The notes beneath the pieces are model-generated. The model worked only from the letters and a program-made list of their open reading frames with translations, had not been told where the DNA came from and did no database searches. From NCBI RefSeq assembly GCF_030144855.1, contig NC_082707.1:11780001-11844000 (forward strand): a DNA stretch of 64,000 nt, written 5' to 3'. Of this stretch, positions 51,046-62,591 are shown one piece after another. Source of the stretch: Hypanus sabinus (lineage: Eukaryota). Each line of letters opens with the position of its first letter. Position 1 is the stretch's first letter. A program made the translations under genes and the position numbers.

Positions 51046-51450
51046 CTTGTTTGTGATGAGAATCATATGTTTCTGTTCCCGCTGATAAGGAGATGGAACT
51101 AACGCAACAAAAATGCAGTCAAATATTTCACATATTACTAGCGGAATCCCGAAGCATCCCATTGTCCTTGCAGGTACGATGGAATTTGGAAACTTATCGC
51201 AGCCAACAATAACGTTGGAGGGACCTATACAATGAAGATATTCAATTGATTCTTCTTCTGGCGTCATCAAAGCCGGTGCTGTTTTCGAGGCGATCTCGGG
51301 GGCCCAGCAGTCATAGTGGATCTGATAATTACCTGATGCCTGGGAAGAGATCTACATTCTGGTTTACTTCTCTATGGGCATAAAGTCATTGGCTGCGCCA
51401 GTCAGAAGCTTGCAGACCCAAAACTGTGGGATAAATGTAAAATGAGATTA

Positions 51451-51936
51451 TGTTTGCTGTTGTGTGTTGTGGCAGCAGGCTCAGGGTAGCAGACACCAAC
51501 AGAATCAACAAACTCATTCGTAAGGCCATTGATGTTTTGAGGGTGGAACTGGACTCTCTGACGGTGGTATCTAAAAAGAGGATGCTCTGCATGTTGCATG
51601 TCATCTTGGACAATGTCTCCCAACCACTTTATAATGTACTGGCTAGGCACAGGAGTACGTTCAGCCAGAGACTTATTCCACCAAGATGCAACACTGAGCA
51701 TCATAGGAAGTCATCCCTGCCTGTGGCCATCAAACTTTACAACTCTTCCCTCGGAGTGTCAGACACCCTGAGCCAATAGGTTGGTCCTGGACTTATTTCC
51801 ACTTGGAATAATTTACATTATTATTTGATTATTTATGGTTTTATATTGATATATTTCTACACTATTCTTGGTTGGTGCGACTGTAACGAAACCCAATTGC
51901 CCTCGGGATCAATAAAGTGTGTCAGTCTGTCTGTCT
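51451..51936 (+). mobile_element. Rex1/Babar-type LINE 3' fragment, copy 1
   Basis: FAVVCCGS..RVADTNRINKLIRKA...LDNVSQPL...PRCNTEHHRKS.LPVAIKLYNSS; AATAAA and a (tctg)n tail. Confidence 0.85.
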
Positions 51937-53454
51937 CAATGTTTTCAGCTTTCCAATGGAATCAAACATTAAGTGAATGATTTAAAATGTAAATATTTTC
52001 TTATTGCCGACAAATGGTGTCCACAGCACCGACTCAGGTTGCGGATGCACACTTAGTACTGGTTATTACACCAGTTCCAGATAACAAACACGACTCATTT
52101 CACAGTTTCCAGCCGAGTCCTTTCATCAAGACTGTAATAGAACGTTGCAGCATTGCATATGGGCGAAACGCCGGAGGCCAGCATTCTGATATTTCTGATA
52201 AAGGGTCTCCGCCCGAAGTATCGAATTGTCAATGTCCTCCATAAATGCTCTCTCATCCTCGAAGTTCCTTCAGAATTGTGTCTATGTTACTCAAGATTTT
52301 CAGCTTCTGCCAAGACTCCTGCTTCTGTTTTGCGTCGATGTGTGTGTTTAGGCAATATGATGTTTTGTAGTCAATCTGCAATAATGCAAGTTACTTTATT
52401 GTTAAAGGATGCTTCGTTCAGAGTTTTTATATTTGGAGGCGGTGATTGAAATTTATATGGATCCAATATATTTTAATTAAAAATTGTGGGTAGGCGGACA
52501 CCTACAGTACATAATACAAATACACATTGCCATCTTCCGTTAATTCCGCCGATATTACTGAAAATTCATCGGCTTGATTCTACTATCCATTGAATGACAG
52601 AGGGAACATTGAACAGTTTAGCACAGGGACAAGTCCATCGGCTGACTGTGTAGTTCCGAACTAATTATATCTGTAATTAAATGTCTAATTAATCTAATCC
52701 TCACTGCCTGCACAATGTCCGGATCTCCACCCCACTTCATCCTCTGCGTATTCGTATCCCCATGAAATCTTACTTGTTCATTTTGTTTTCCTCCACAATC
52801 AGTGGCACCACATGATAGAGACCCACCAACAACTTTTTTAAAACGTTTTATCCAGCCATTTCCTTTTATTCTAGCCCCAAACACTTGTGTCGTCTGTTGT
52901 TAGACATACAGGTTGTTGAAAATTATGTTGGTTGACTACTCTATCCTTGCGTCATAACTTTTATTCTGTCTACAGCTTTCCCCTCAGTATTCACTTTTCA
53001 AGTGAAAGCAAATCACGTTTGTCCAATCTCTTCTTATAACATATGCCCTCTAATCCAGTCGTTAACGTTGCCAACCTCTTCTGCGCCAATATCAAAGTCT
53101 CAGTATCATCCCTGTAAACGGGCGACCCGAAATAAACGAAATACAACTGATATTGCAAGCTAGAGTTTTAGTCACAACATTAAAACTCAGATAAGCGCAT
53201 ATCTCTTCTTTACATCGTGACACATCAGTAAAGTAGTCTACTATTCACCTTATATCAGATTAAAATATTTAAGTACGAAAGCAGGTGAACACTTATTTCA
53301 ATGAGTATCTATGCTCGTCGTAGCTGAAACTTCTTTTCAAATGTGCAATTACATTACACACGCAATAGCAAAGCTCGTCTGCCAATTAGGCAGGTATTTT
53401 GAGAGAAGGTATCGAATAGATGCAGAGTACGGTATTAATATACGGGCGCTATCG

Positions 53455-53937
53455 TGTTTGCTGTTGTGTACTGGGGCAGCAGGCTGAGTGTTGCAGACAC
53501 CAAAAGTATCAACAACTCATTCGTAAGGCCAGTGATGTTGAGGGGGTGGAACTGGACTCTCTGACGGTGGTGTCTAAAAAGAGGATGCTGTCCAAGTTGC
53601 ATTCCATCTTGGACAATGACTCCCATCCACTCCATACTGTACTGCTTAGGCACAGGAGTACATTCAGCCAGAGACTCATTCCACCGAGATGTAACGCTGA
53701 GCGTCATATGACGTCATTCCTACCTGTGGCCATGAAACTTTACATCTCCTCCCTCGGAGTGTCAGACACCCTGAGCCAACAGGATGGTCCTGGACTTATT
53801 TTTCCACTTGGCATGATTAACTATTTATTATTTAATTATTTATGGTTTTATATTGCTATATTTCTTCACTATTTTGGTTGGCGCGGCTGTAACGAAACCC
53901 AGTTTCCTTCGGGATCAATAAAGTATGGTCTTTCTGT
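53455..53937 (+). mobile_element. Rex1/Babar-type LINE 3' fragment, copy 2
   Basis: Closely similar to 51451-51936 along its whole length, with the same 5' start 'tgtttgctgttgtgt'. Confidence 0.85.
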
Positions 53938-55676
53938 AATGGAGAAGGCCACGATGGTCGGTACAGAAGAGTGGGTTGAACAGACCAACTGTAAGTTCGT
54001 CTGATGATTGATACCGTGAATTCAAAACAACATGTGAGCTATTTGCTAATGAAAAAAGTGACGCAATTTGGCATGTCCTCTACGAAATATACATTTGATT
54101 TAATGGCTGCACAACGGAAACCATCCTATTTGGATGCATCATGGCTTGGAATGATAAATCTTCGAGACCTTAATAAATTGCAAGGCATTGTAGACACTGC
54201 TCAGCATATCATGACAATCAGCCTCCTCTCGATGTCTGGCTCTATGTCTGAGTAAAGCAAATAGCATAAATATAGACCCTCCTCACAGACATTCACGATT
54301 CTTGCCCATCTCATCGGGCAGAAGATAATATTCACGACAGCACGTACAATTATGTAGAAGAACAATTTCTTTTCAGCTGTTATAAGAATATTGCATGTTT
54401 TGTTAGTACAATAAGATGGAGTATTCAACTCACAATCTACCCTATCATGGCCTTGCACTTTAATGCCTATGTTCACTGCCCTTTCTGGAGAAGTGTAACA
54501 TTATAAGCTGCTGCACTGTGGTAATGTTTCCCGTGGCACTAACTCAGAACAGTGTTCTAATGAAACGATACATGTGTTTTTGTCCTTAGCTAATTACTTA
54601 TGAATGGAATAAGGATCTCTCTAACGAGATGAGACAGTTAGAAACTTCGACAACTGTTTTGCACATACTTGGCTTTCATGTCAACTGAAGCGCATGATCT
54701 TTCTTGATACATTGATTTTACGCCACATTATAGCAAGTAAAGTTGGTCCTGGCTTTACATTAAAATTTTGCATTCCTAAATAAAATCGTGACAATCGTAG
54801 TCATAACCGACAGTCGGTGTCGTAAGGCCTACCTCCGATTAAATAATGCCTCGCCACCAGGATGCGAGAGGATTCGCTTCCCGAGAAGTATCCGCGGCGA
54901 TAAGTCAAAAAAGCCGTAGCGAATCGAGCATACGAGGTCTCAATCGAGGGGCGATGCTGCCTTTCGCGCAACAGCAGGGAAATCCTCATGAGACTGCACA
55001 ATTTCTAAGTAGGTAGACGGATACCTCTAGCCCGTACCTCAGCGATAAAACACCGTCAGACCTGCCAGGATCTCCGTGTAATTAAATAGTTCACTACAAC
55101 CGGATGACGAAAAGAAGGAACGTATACTATTCCGTTCAGAACTGAATGCTTTATTCCATAATTTTGTTTCAGGCACATAGTAGCAATGGAAGTGTTGAAT
55201 AATAAACTTATATCTATGAAGGCACAAATAAAACATTAGTTCACGTAAAATGTACATTGGAAAAAATCTATTATTCAAAGACGCAGCCATGCAGCAATTC
55301 TGGACAATGCAACGGCAGAGAAAATTGTCCAATGTTAATTTTCTGAAGAATCGACAGATCTGTTCAATTGGTAAAAGCGATTTCTACGAAACGGAGTGTC
55401 GAGAAGGTGCTGGTCTTCAAGATGTAAACTCTCCTTTTGCATTCAGTGTTCGTCGGAGTTAAAGTTAACATATGGAAGTGGAGAATCGGATCCAAATGTC
55501 TGGTGAATATACCGCCAAGTATGATATCACTATCTTTCGCTAAATCAACTAAACTGTCTTTGGCTCGACGCTTGCAGATGAGTCTGTGCACTTCAGGCGT
55601 AGTGGCGAGGAACACGAGAACCAGAAACAGAGACATTGGTCTTGCACAAGGACCTGTCACAGTCAGAATATCGTGG

Positions 55677-57032
55677 ATGCTAGAGTCAGTTATCAAAGAT
55701 GTGGTAACAGCACATTTGGAAAGAGGTGAAATCATCGGACAAAGACAGCATGGATCTGTGAAAGGAAAATCATGTCTGACGAATCTTATAGATTTTTTTG
55801 AAGATGTAACTAGTAGTGTGGATAGGGAGAGCCAGTGGATGTGGTATATTTAGATTTTCAAAAGGCTTTTGACGAAGTCCCACACAGGAGATTAGTGTGC
55901 AAACTTAAAGCACACGGTATTGGGGGTATGGTATTGATGTGGAAAGAGAATTGGTTGCCAGACAGGAAGCAAAGAGCAGGAGTAAACGGGACCTTTTCAG
56001 AATGGCGGGCAGTGACTAGTGGGGTACCGCAAGGCTCAGTGCTGGGACCCCAGTTGTTTACAATATATATTAATGATTTAGACGAGGGAATTAAATGCAG
56101 CATCTCCAAGTTTGCGGATGACACGCTGGGGGGCGGTGTTAGCTGTGAGGAGGATGCTGAGAGGATGCAGGGTGACTTGGATAGTTTAGGTGAGTGGGCA
56201 AATTCATGGCAGATGCAATTTAATGTAGATAAATGTGAGGTTATCCGTTTTGGTTGCAAGAACAGGAAAACAAATTATTATCTGAACGGTGACCGATTAG
56301 GAAAACGGGAGATGCAACGAGACCTGGGTGATATGGTATACCAGTCATTCAGGTACAGCAGACGGTGAAAAAGGCAAATGGTATGTTGGCATTCATAGCA
56401 AAAGGATTTGAGTACAGGAGCAGGGAAGTTCTACTGCAGTTGTACAAGGCCTTGGTGAGATCGCACCTAGAATATTGTGTGCAGGTTTGGTCCCCTAATC
56501 TGAGGAAATACATTCTTGCCATATAGCGAGTACAGGGAAGGTTCACCAGATTGATTCCTGGGATGGCAGGACATTCATATGAAAAAAAATCGGATCGACT
56601 AGGCTTATACTCACTGAAATTTAGAAGGTTGAGAGGGGATCTTATTGAAACGTATAAAATTCTAAATGGATTGGACAGGCTAGATGCAGGAAGATTGTTT
56701 CCGATGTTGGGGTAGACCAGAAAAGGTGTTACAGTTTAAGGATAAAGGGGAAGCCTTTTAGGATCGAGATGAGGAAAAACTTCTTCACAAAGAGAGTGGT
56801 GAATCTGTGGAATTCTCTGCCACGGGAAACAGTTGAAGCCGGTTCATTGGCTATATTTAAGAGAAAGTTAGATATAGCCCTTGTGGCAAAAGGGATCAGG
56901 GAGTATGGAGAGAAAGCAGGTATAGGGTTCTGAGTTGGATGATCAGCCATGATCATACTGAATGGCGGTGCAGGCTCGATGGGCCTAATGGCCTTCTCCT
57001 TCACCTATTTTATATATTTCTATGTTTCTATG
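55677..57032 (+). mobile_element. Young CR1 LINE (5'-truncated RT and 3' end) inserted in the gene C promoter
   Basis: DVVYLDFQKAFDEVPH...VPQGSVLGP...KFADDT; tail tttctatgtttctatg. Same subfamily as 29478-31082. Confidence 0.93.
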
Positions 57033-58242
57033 ATTTATACCGTGCTATCCTTTTCTTGCTCAACGCATCTCTATAAATCTTCTTCTCAGTACCTCGGAAA
57101 CATGTTGTGGTCGAGGCATGGTGCAGGTGATCAGATCTTTCACGAGTTCCCTCTGAGCATACTGTCGTTGTGTGTTTTTTTATAGCGTAGGCCCCCGCCC
57201 CATCTCACAAATCCAAGCAGATCTCATTTGGAAAAACTGAATCTGACGAACTTCTGTAGAAGGCATTACCCCAAAGGTTCACATTCTTTTCCAACAAATA
57301 CATGTAATATTAGTTCATTTTTTTCTGCAATAAACGGAACAAATATAATGCTTTGTATTATTTATTCAGTTGAGATTTTTTTAACTGGCTTCAGAACTTA
57401 AGATCAGATCATAGTTTAGATCATATATATGCAGAAAAAGAGAAATTTCTGCAGAATTCACAAACCTAGCACCACTTTAGCTGCTCACAGCATACAGGGC
57501 ACAGGTAACTTCATAACTACAGGAGAGGGAGAAGGCAGCCAAAGTACAGCACCCCTGTTCCCATCCCCATCAGTAATAGAGATAACGTTTCAGACACAGT
57601 TGGTAGGTGATCATGTAGCAGAGGAAACCCACTTCTGTAAGGTAACTGATACTGAGCTTGGCTCTGTGGCTCACAAAGAAACGTGTGGTTGATGGAGACG
57701 AGGCCACCTGTAGTGATAGGGCATTACTTGGCTAAGGGAACAGATGGTATGTTTAGTGGTCCACACACAGATTTTCTCCATGATATATTGCCACGGTCGT
57801 GAGCACCTCGCTGAAATGCATAGCAATCTTGAGTGGGACAATGCACAGCAAAATTTTGTGGTTCACATGGGTACTAAAGGCAAAATGTTGGAAAGATTTC
57901 AAAGTCCTGCAAGGTGAATTTAGGCGAAAAGGTGCTTACTTCAAGATAAAGTAGTTTCAGAGCTGCTCTGTCAGGGTTACCATCTATACGCTGTTGTAGT
58001 GAGATCAAATATAGGAAGAGGATGCAGGTTAACACGTTGCTAAAGGAGGTGGAGAGCAAGTGAGGGCTTCATCTTTTTGTTGGGTCACTGGGCACACGTT
58101 GGAGGAAGGAGAGGACTATAGACATGGGATTGTTTGAAAGTGAATCAGAGGCCGAATGCGTGAATGTTTTCTAGGGCTGCACGGGATCGTGGTGAACTAG
58201 ATTTGCAGGGGTATGGGAACGAAAGCATCAGAGCAAATAAAA

Positions 58243-58370
58243 TCTCTTATTATCTTTCTTTTTGGTTAGTCTTGACGAAGGGTCTCGGCCCGAAACGTAG
58301 ACAGCTCTTCTCCCTATAGATGCTGCCTGGCCTGCTGTGTTCCACCAGCATTTTGTGTGTGTTGTTGTTG
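58243..58370 (+). mobile_element. 128-bp Penelope-type insertion with a 12-bp TSD and a hammerhead-like motif
   Basis: Perfect direct repeat GAGCAAATAAAA at 58231-58242 and 58371-58382; the interior matches the arm of the palindromic element family. Confidence 0.8.
58269..58302 (+). ncRNA. Putative minimal type I hammerhead ribozyme motif (C3U variant)
   Basis: GUC-UUGACGA-A-GGGU(CUCG)GCCC-GAAAC-GUA-GAC: stem I GUC/GAC, core, stem II, and a palindromic ACGU helix III with an NUH triplet. Activity is untested. Confidence 0.55.
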
Positions 58371-59559
58371 GAGCAAATAAAAGACTGGTTGTGGGAAAAG
58401 ATGTTGTTTATGTGACCTGCAAAGATGGATATAAAACTATTGAACAAGGTGGCACTACTGTTTAAATTGTAATGCAACGAGTATTGTCGAAAAGGCAATT
58501 GAGCTTAACATATGGATCAGTAAGTGGAATTATGACAATGTAGCCATTAGTGCGAACTGTTTCAGGGAAGGGCATGAACTTACAGTTCCGGGTGTCCATC
58601 CTTTAGCTGTGATAGAGCAGTAGGGATTAAGGGCCGAGTGCGGGCATTAAGAGGCATGGAAAATTTAACGACCGTGCTCGGAGAAAACAGAGCAAAGAGC
58701 TTGTATACAGATGTCATATTGGTGACTCTGAGGAATAGGAAAATGATGACCAAATCAGTGTGATTATATTATAGTCCTCCCAGCAGTCCGTAGGACTTAT
58801 AAGAGGAATTTTACCAGAAATTTAAGATTTTTATCTTAACAACTTAAGATATAACTTTCCACATATTTACAGGTAGAACATTACTGGAAAAACACAGGAT
58901 AGGAAAGGTACCCTAATTCGTTTATGAAAGATTGGTTTTCGAGAGATATTGTGCTTTGGTAAAGAAGGTAAATGTATAGAAGTGAAGGGTAGGGAAGAAC
59001 GAATGATTTATGACTCTGTCATTAGCTTGTCATTGGATGGGTTATTGAGGGTTATGGTCCAAAAGTACTCCATGAGAACTTGGTAGATAATAGCTTCTCG
59101 ACCCTGGATGCTCCGATCGGCCTGATTTTGTGCTGTAGTATTCTATGATACTAGGAATAGGGTGAGGTGTGGAGTGTGGGGGTGCGAAGAACGTAGTCTT
59201 CTGAATACGAGTCTTGACGGTAGTAGTGGCGAAGGTTTTCCTTCGTCCAGAAAACAAAATTTGTGCAGTTTCAGACTCCCAGTCTACTTCCCAGACTTAT
59301 TGCCTGACAGCTTCAATATAATATCTTGCATAATTTTAGGATACTAGGATACTTTTAGTCATGTTAGTGTCCACAGACGCTTGAATCTTGATTGGCTGTA
59401 GACTGCTTTCTATTTCAGTTTGGGGAGTGCAGACGCAATGTAACAAGTCAATTTTTAGTTCAACTCCCTTCTCTCCATTGATGTAACATGCAAACTTACT
59501 TGTTTTCTGTAGTTATTGTTAATCTAGAATTAATTTGTGTTTTACATGATGGGAACAGG

Positions 59560-59832
59560 TGACACATGTCTAAATTACATATCAGGTGTTAAGTAATACA
59601 AAACCTTAATGCAATGGAGATTCATCTTAGTTTCTTTTGAAAGTATTTACGCTCTGCTGGGAGTGCAAATTAACTGCTCTGTGAATTTCCCCAGCTGTCA
59701 GACAGATGTACAAACATCAATACATGAGCCCCTCGTGTACAATGTTATCATCAGAGACTTAATACAAGATAATTGTGTAGCAGATATAAACCACATTGAG
59801 ACATATTTAGTTCTTCATCGAGAGGCTATAAA
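59560..59832 (+). promoter_or_regulatory. Proximal promoter of gene D
   Basis: AATTACATATCAGGTG at about 59573-59588; AATTTCCCCAG at 59684-59694; CAGATG at 59703-59708; TATAAA at 59827-59832. Confidence 0.6.
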
Positions 59833-59877
59833 TCCATGTTCTTTCCTGCAAGCCAAAAATTTCCCTGCAACGGAGTC

Positions 59878-60080
59878 ATGTCAGCATTTCTGTTTTTGTT
59901 GTTGCACGCCATTCCACAAGAAACGCTAGGGAACTTCTGTAAACGTCAAGCAAAAGTCAATTTGCCCGATTTATCCATGAATGGGGATATCATTATCGGA
60001 GGAATATTCCCATTACATATGGATCCGATTCATGACGACCATCCATTTACATTTCCCCCGAAAAACATTGTGTGTAAAAG
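59878..60080 (+). CDS. V2R/OlfC gene D, exon 1
   Basis: 203 nt; MSAFLFLLLHA...MNGDIIIGGIFPLH...IVCK|gtgagt. Confidence 0.94.
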
Positions 60081-62012
60081 GTGAGTTTACCCAATGTTGA
60101 TTGACAATTAGTCAGCGCTCTGACTTGTAGAAATTGTTCTTACCTATATATTAGATCTCTAATTTTTAAACCATTTATCACCTGAAAGTTGTATGTACCT
60201 TTATCGTTGTCTATTATTGATTCAGCATATTAGGATAGTATTTTTATGTTTGTGAATAAAAGTAGAATAGTCAATATACTAAGTCTCTTGTGCCTGCATA
60301 AGTGTATCTGTTATTCAACACTTTTTTTGCCTGTAGATGATTAAAGCAAATTAAACAATGGTGCAAAGAATGTGGTTTTAACGGAACATTGGTATTGTTA
60401 TTATTCCTCATCTCAGAGATCCTCGACAAACACGTTAAGTAGTTTTGCTTCTGGCGATGCACTTTTGCTGGAGATCATGGTATCGCAACAGCGTGTTCAG
60501 AACTCTCTAGTTAGAGACAATTAGACAGTTAATCATAAACCAAATTCAAGATATTTATCGTGGTCGGTTCTGCACCATTTAACGTTTATCTACTGTGATA
60601 CTTCACTGTTTATTGCTTATTCCATAAGAAATGTTGGGTCTTCTCTGACATGGTTATATTCAGTTAAGATATACAATACGGAAGGTGAGTAAATATGGAT
60701 TTTTTGAATATTAAAAAGTTTTTAACTGCTGCAGAAATTTGGCGGGTCAGTTACAATCTGTGGAAGAAAATTGGAACTCGACATTTCGGGACCAATCCTT
60801 CTATTAGAAACACATCCTATCTGATCCACTGTGATCATTAAAAAAAGTAACTCTGTCCTTCATCACGCAACAGAGGCGAGATTTCATTGGTTCTCTGTGA
60901 AATTTAAAGTGACCTATGCTCGGTATTTAACAACTGAGGCAGATTCTATACTGGGAAATAAACAGTCGAGACTTCGGGCCTCGAACTTTAATCCAGACTG
61001 GAAATGGAGGGGGAAATTGTCAGAATACGAACCTGCTGTAGGGGTGCAGAAGAGTAGAAGTTGTTAGTTGGTAAGTGAATCCAAGTTAGTAGGAGGTTGT
61101 GTAGTTGCGGAGTGGAGATAAAGAAAGATGTTGGGAAAATGCCCCAAGGTTAATGTGATCATTATTGGCTGCTTTATCGAGGCAGAAAGAAGGATACATA
61201 ACGCAAAGATGGTAGCTTCCATGACATGCTGAGCTGTGTCCTCAACACGCTGCAGCTTTCTGCTGACTCAGATAAAGAAGCTGTCATACATAGCCAAGAT
61301 GCCTCAAGGTGGAATATTTCTTAATGATGCTTTGCAATTCTTACAAAGAGGAACTGCTAGATTGTGCCAGTGTCTGAACGTAGATTGCATTAAGGTGTCA
61401 TCTTTCTATTTAAATGATAATTAGTATCACTTTTTCATAATGAACCTTTCTTACTACCTGAGACACTTTAAGGTTAGAGAGGGGAGCAAGTTCAATCTAG
61501 ATATGAGCTGACCGATTAGTTTAGATGGGCAATGAATTTCAGTATAAATAGTTTAGCACAACTATTCTATGAACGATGATGAACATTTGTATGTTCAACG
61601 AGTAGCTGATAATTGAGTAATTGATATCACCCTATTAGAATGCATCTCTGAAATATTGACGGGAATTACTGGAAAATAACACGAACATTTATATTATCAT
61701 GATATTGATGAACGAGTTCAGGCCGAAAAGTTATTCGTTTCTATAGATGCTCGCTGAACTGAGCAGTTCCTCCTGCATTTTGTGTGTGCTGCTAAAGATT
61801 TCCAGCATCTGTAGAATTTTCTGTACTTTTATTTTTTTTTATATACGTTCTGGCCCACCATAAAATTACCACATTTTGGGTTCATAAGATCTGTAGTCAG
61901 CGTTACCGGAACATTTGCTTCTGAGGGTTCCGTTTATTCTCTGTTAATAAACTGACTTTTACAGAGAATCCACAGAACATCTTGTCAACTGAGCACACTC
62001 CGTCCTCGCTTC

Positions 62013-62290
62013 AAACACACAAGAGATAATGCGGATGCTGAAAATCTTGAACAACCTACAAAAAGAGCTGGAGGAACTCAGCGGCTGAAGCCGCAACTAT
62101 GGAATAGAATAAACGCACGATTTTTCGGGCCGAGAACCTTCATTAGAACTGGAAAGTTTGCTGTCCTCCAGCTTTGGGTCCTTTCCTTTCCAGTTCTGAC
62201 GAAGGGTGTCAGCCCACAATGTGAGGTATCTACTTTTTCCGTAGACGCCGTTTGACGTGCTGAGTTGCTTAGGCACTTTGTGTGTTGTCA
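62013..62290. mobile_element. Palindromic Penelope-type element with two inverted hammerhead-like arms
   Basis: 'gggccgagaaccttcattagaactggaaag' is inverted against 'ctttccagttctgacgaagggtgtcagccc'; outer arms 'gctggaggaactcagc' and 'gctgagttgct'. Confidence 0.7.
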
Positions 62291-62591
62291 TGTCCTCCTT
62301 ATCCATGTATTTGTGAGGTCAGCTACCTGCTACTACGAAAGTGATACCTTTCCAGGACTCTGCTATAGAGTTTGTTGAGTTGACAATTCGGTATCTTGAA
62401 CTGGTGAAAACACAAACATTCAGAGTGCGTCCGGAGCGGAGGTCACCTTTGCCCGCACCCTTTCTTGAAAACAAGACAATTGTTAAATTTTAAATCTTTC
62501 AAGATACGAGATTCATGATTGTGTAATATCACTTCCTGATTGATTGAGGAATCTGATTCTTTTATCACCTCGTCTTACATTTATCGCACAG

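Larger units (their letters stand above)
49336..55636 (-). pseudogene. V2R/OlfC gene C pseudogene (exons 1-3 only)
   Basis: Exon 1 (55636-55434) has its donor mutated GT to GA (AAAAG|gagagt). Exon 2 (51423-51139) has CGA to TGA at 51404-51402 plus indels. Exon 3 (50134-49336) is broken across several frames. No exons 4-6 were found before gene B. Confidence 0.9.
57500..58900 (+). mobile_element. Old CR1 5' region (ORF1 esterase and endonuclease remnants)
   Basis: 'tgtagtgataggg...taagggaacagat', 'gtggttcacatgggtact', 'tatgacaatgtagccattagtg' and 'tattatagtcctccc' resemble the ORF1/endonuclease region of the other CR1 copies. Confidence 0.6.

Noticed and set aside
49336-55636. Gene C as a secreted ectodomain-only receptor
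   Set aside because: The broken donor, early stop in exon 2 and frameshifts in exon 3 preclude a product.
55364-55853. Apparent V2R-CR1 fusion ORFs
   Set aside because: These are chance read-through across the CR1 insertion junction; the CR1 and exon 1 are on opposite strands.
59836-59877. Upstream in-frame ATG for gene D
   Set aside because: It lies 3 nt after the TATA box and so probably upstream of the TSS. The ATG at 59878 gives the same 203-nt exon and signal peptide as the paralogues.
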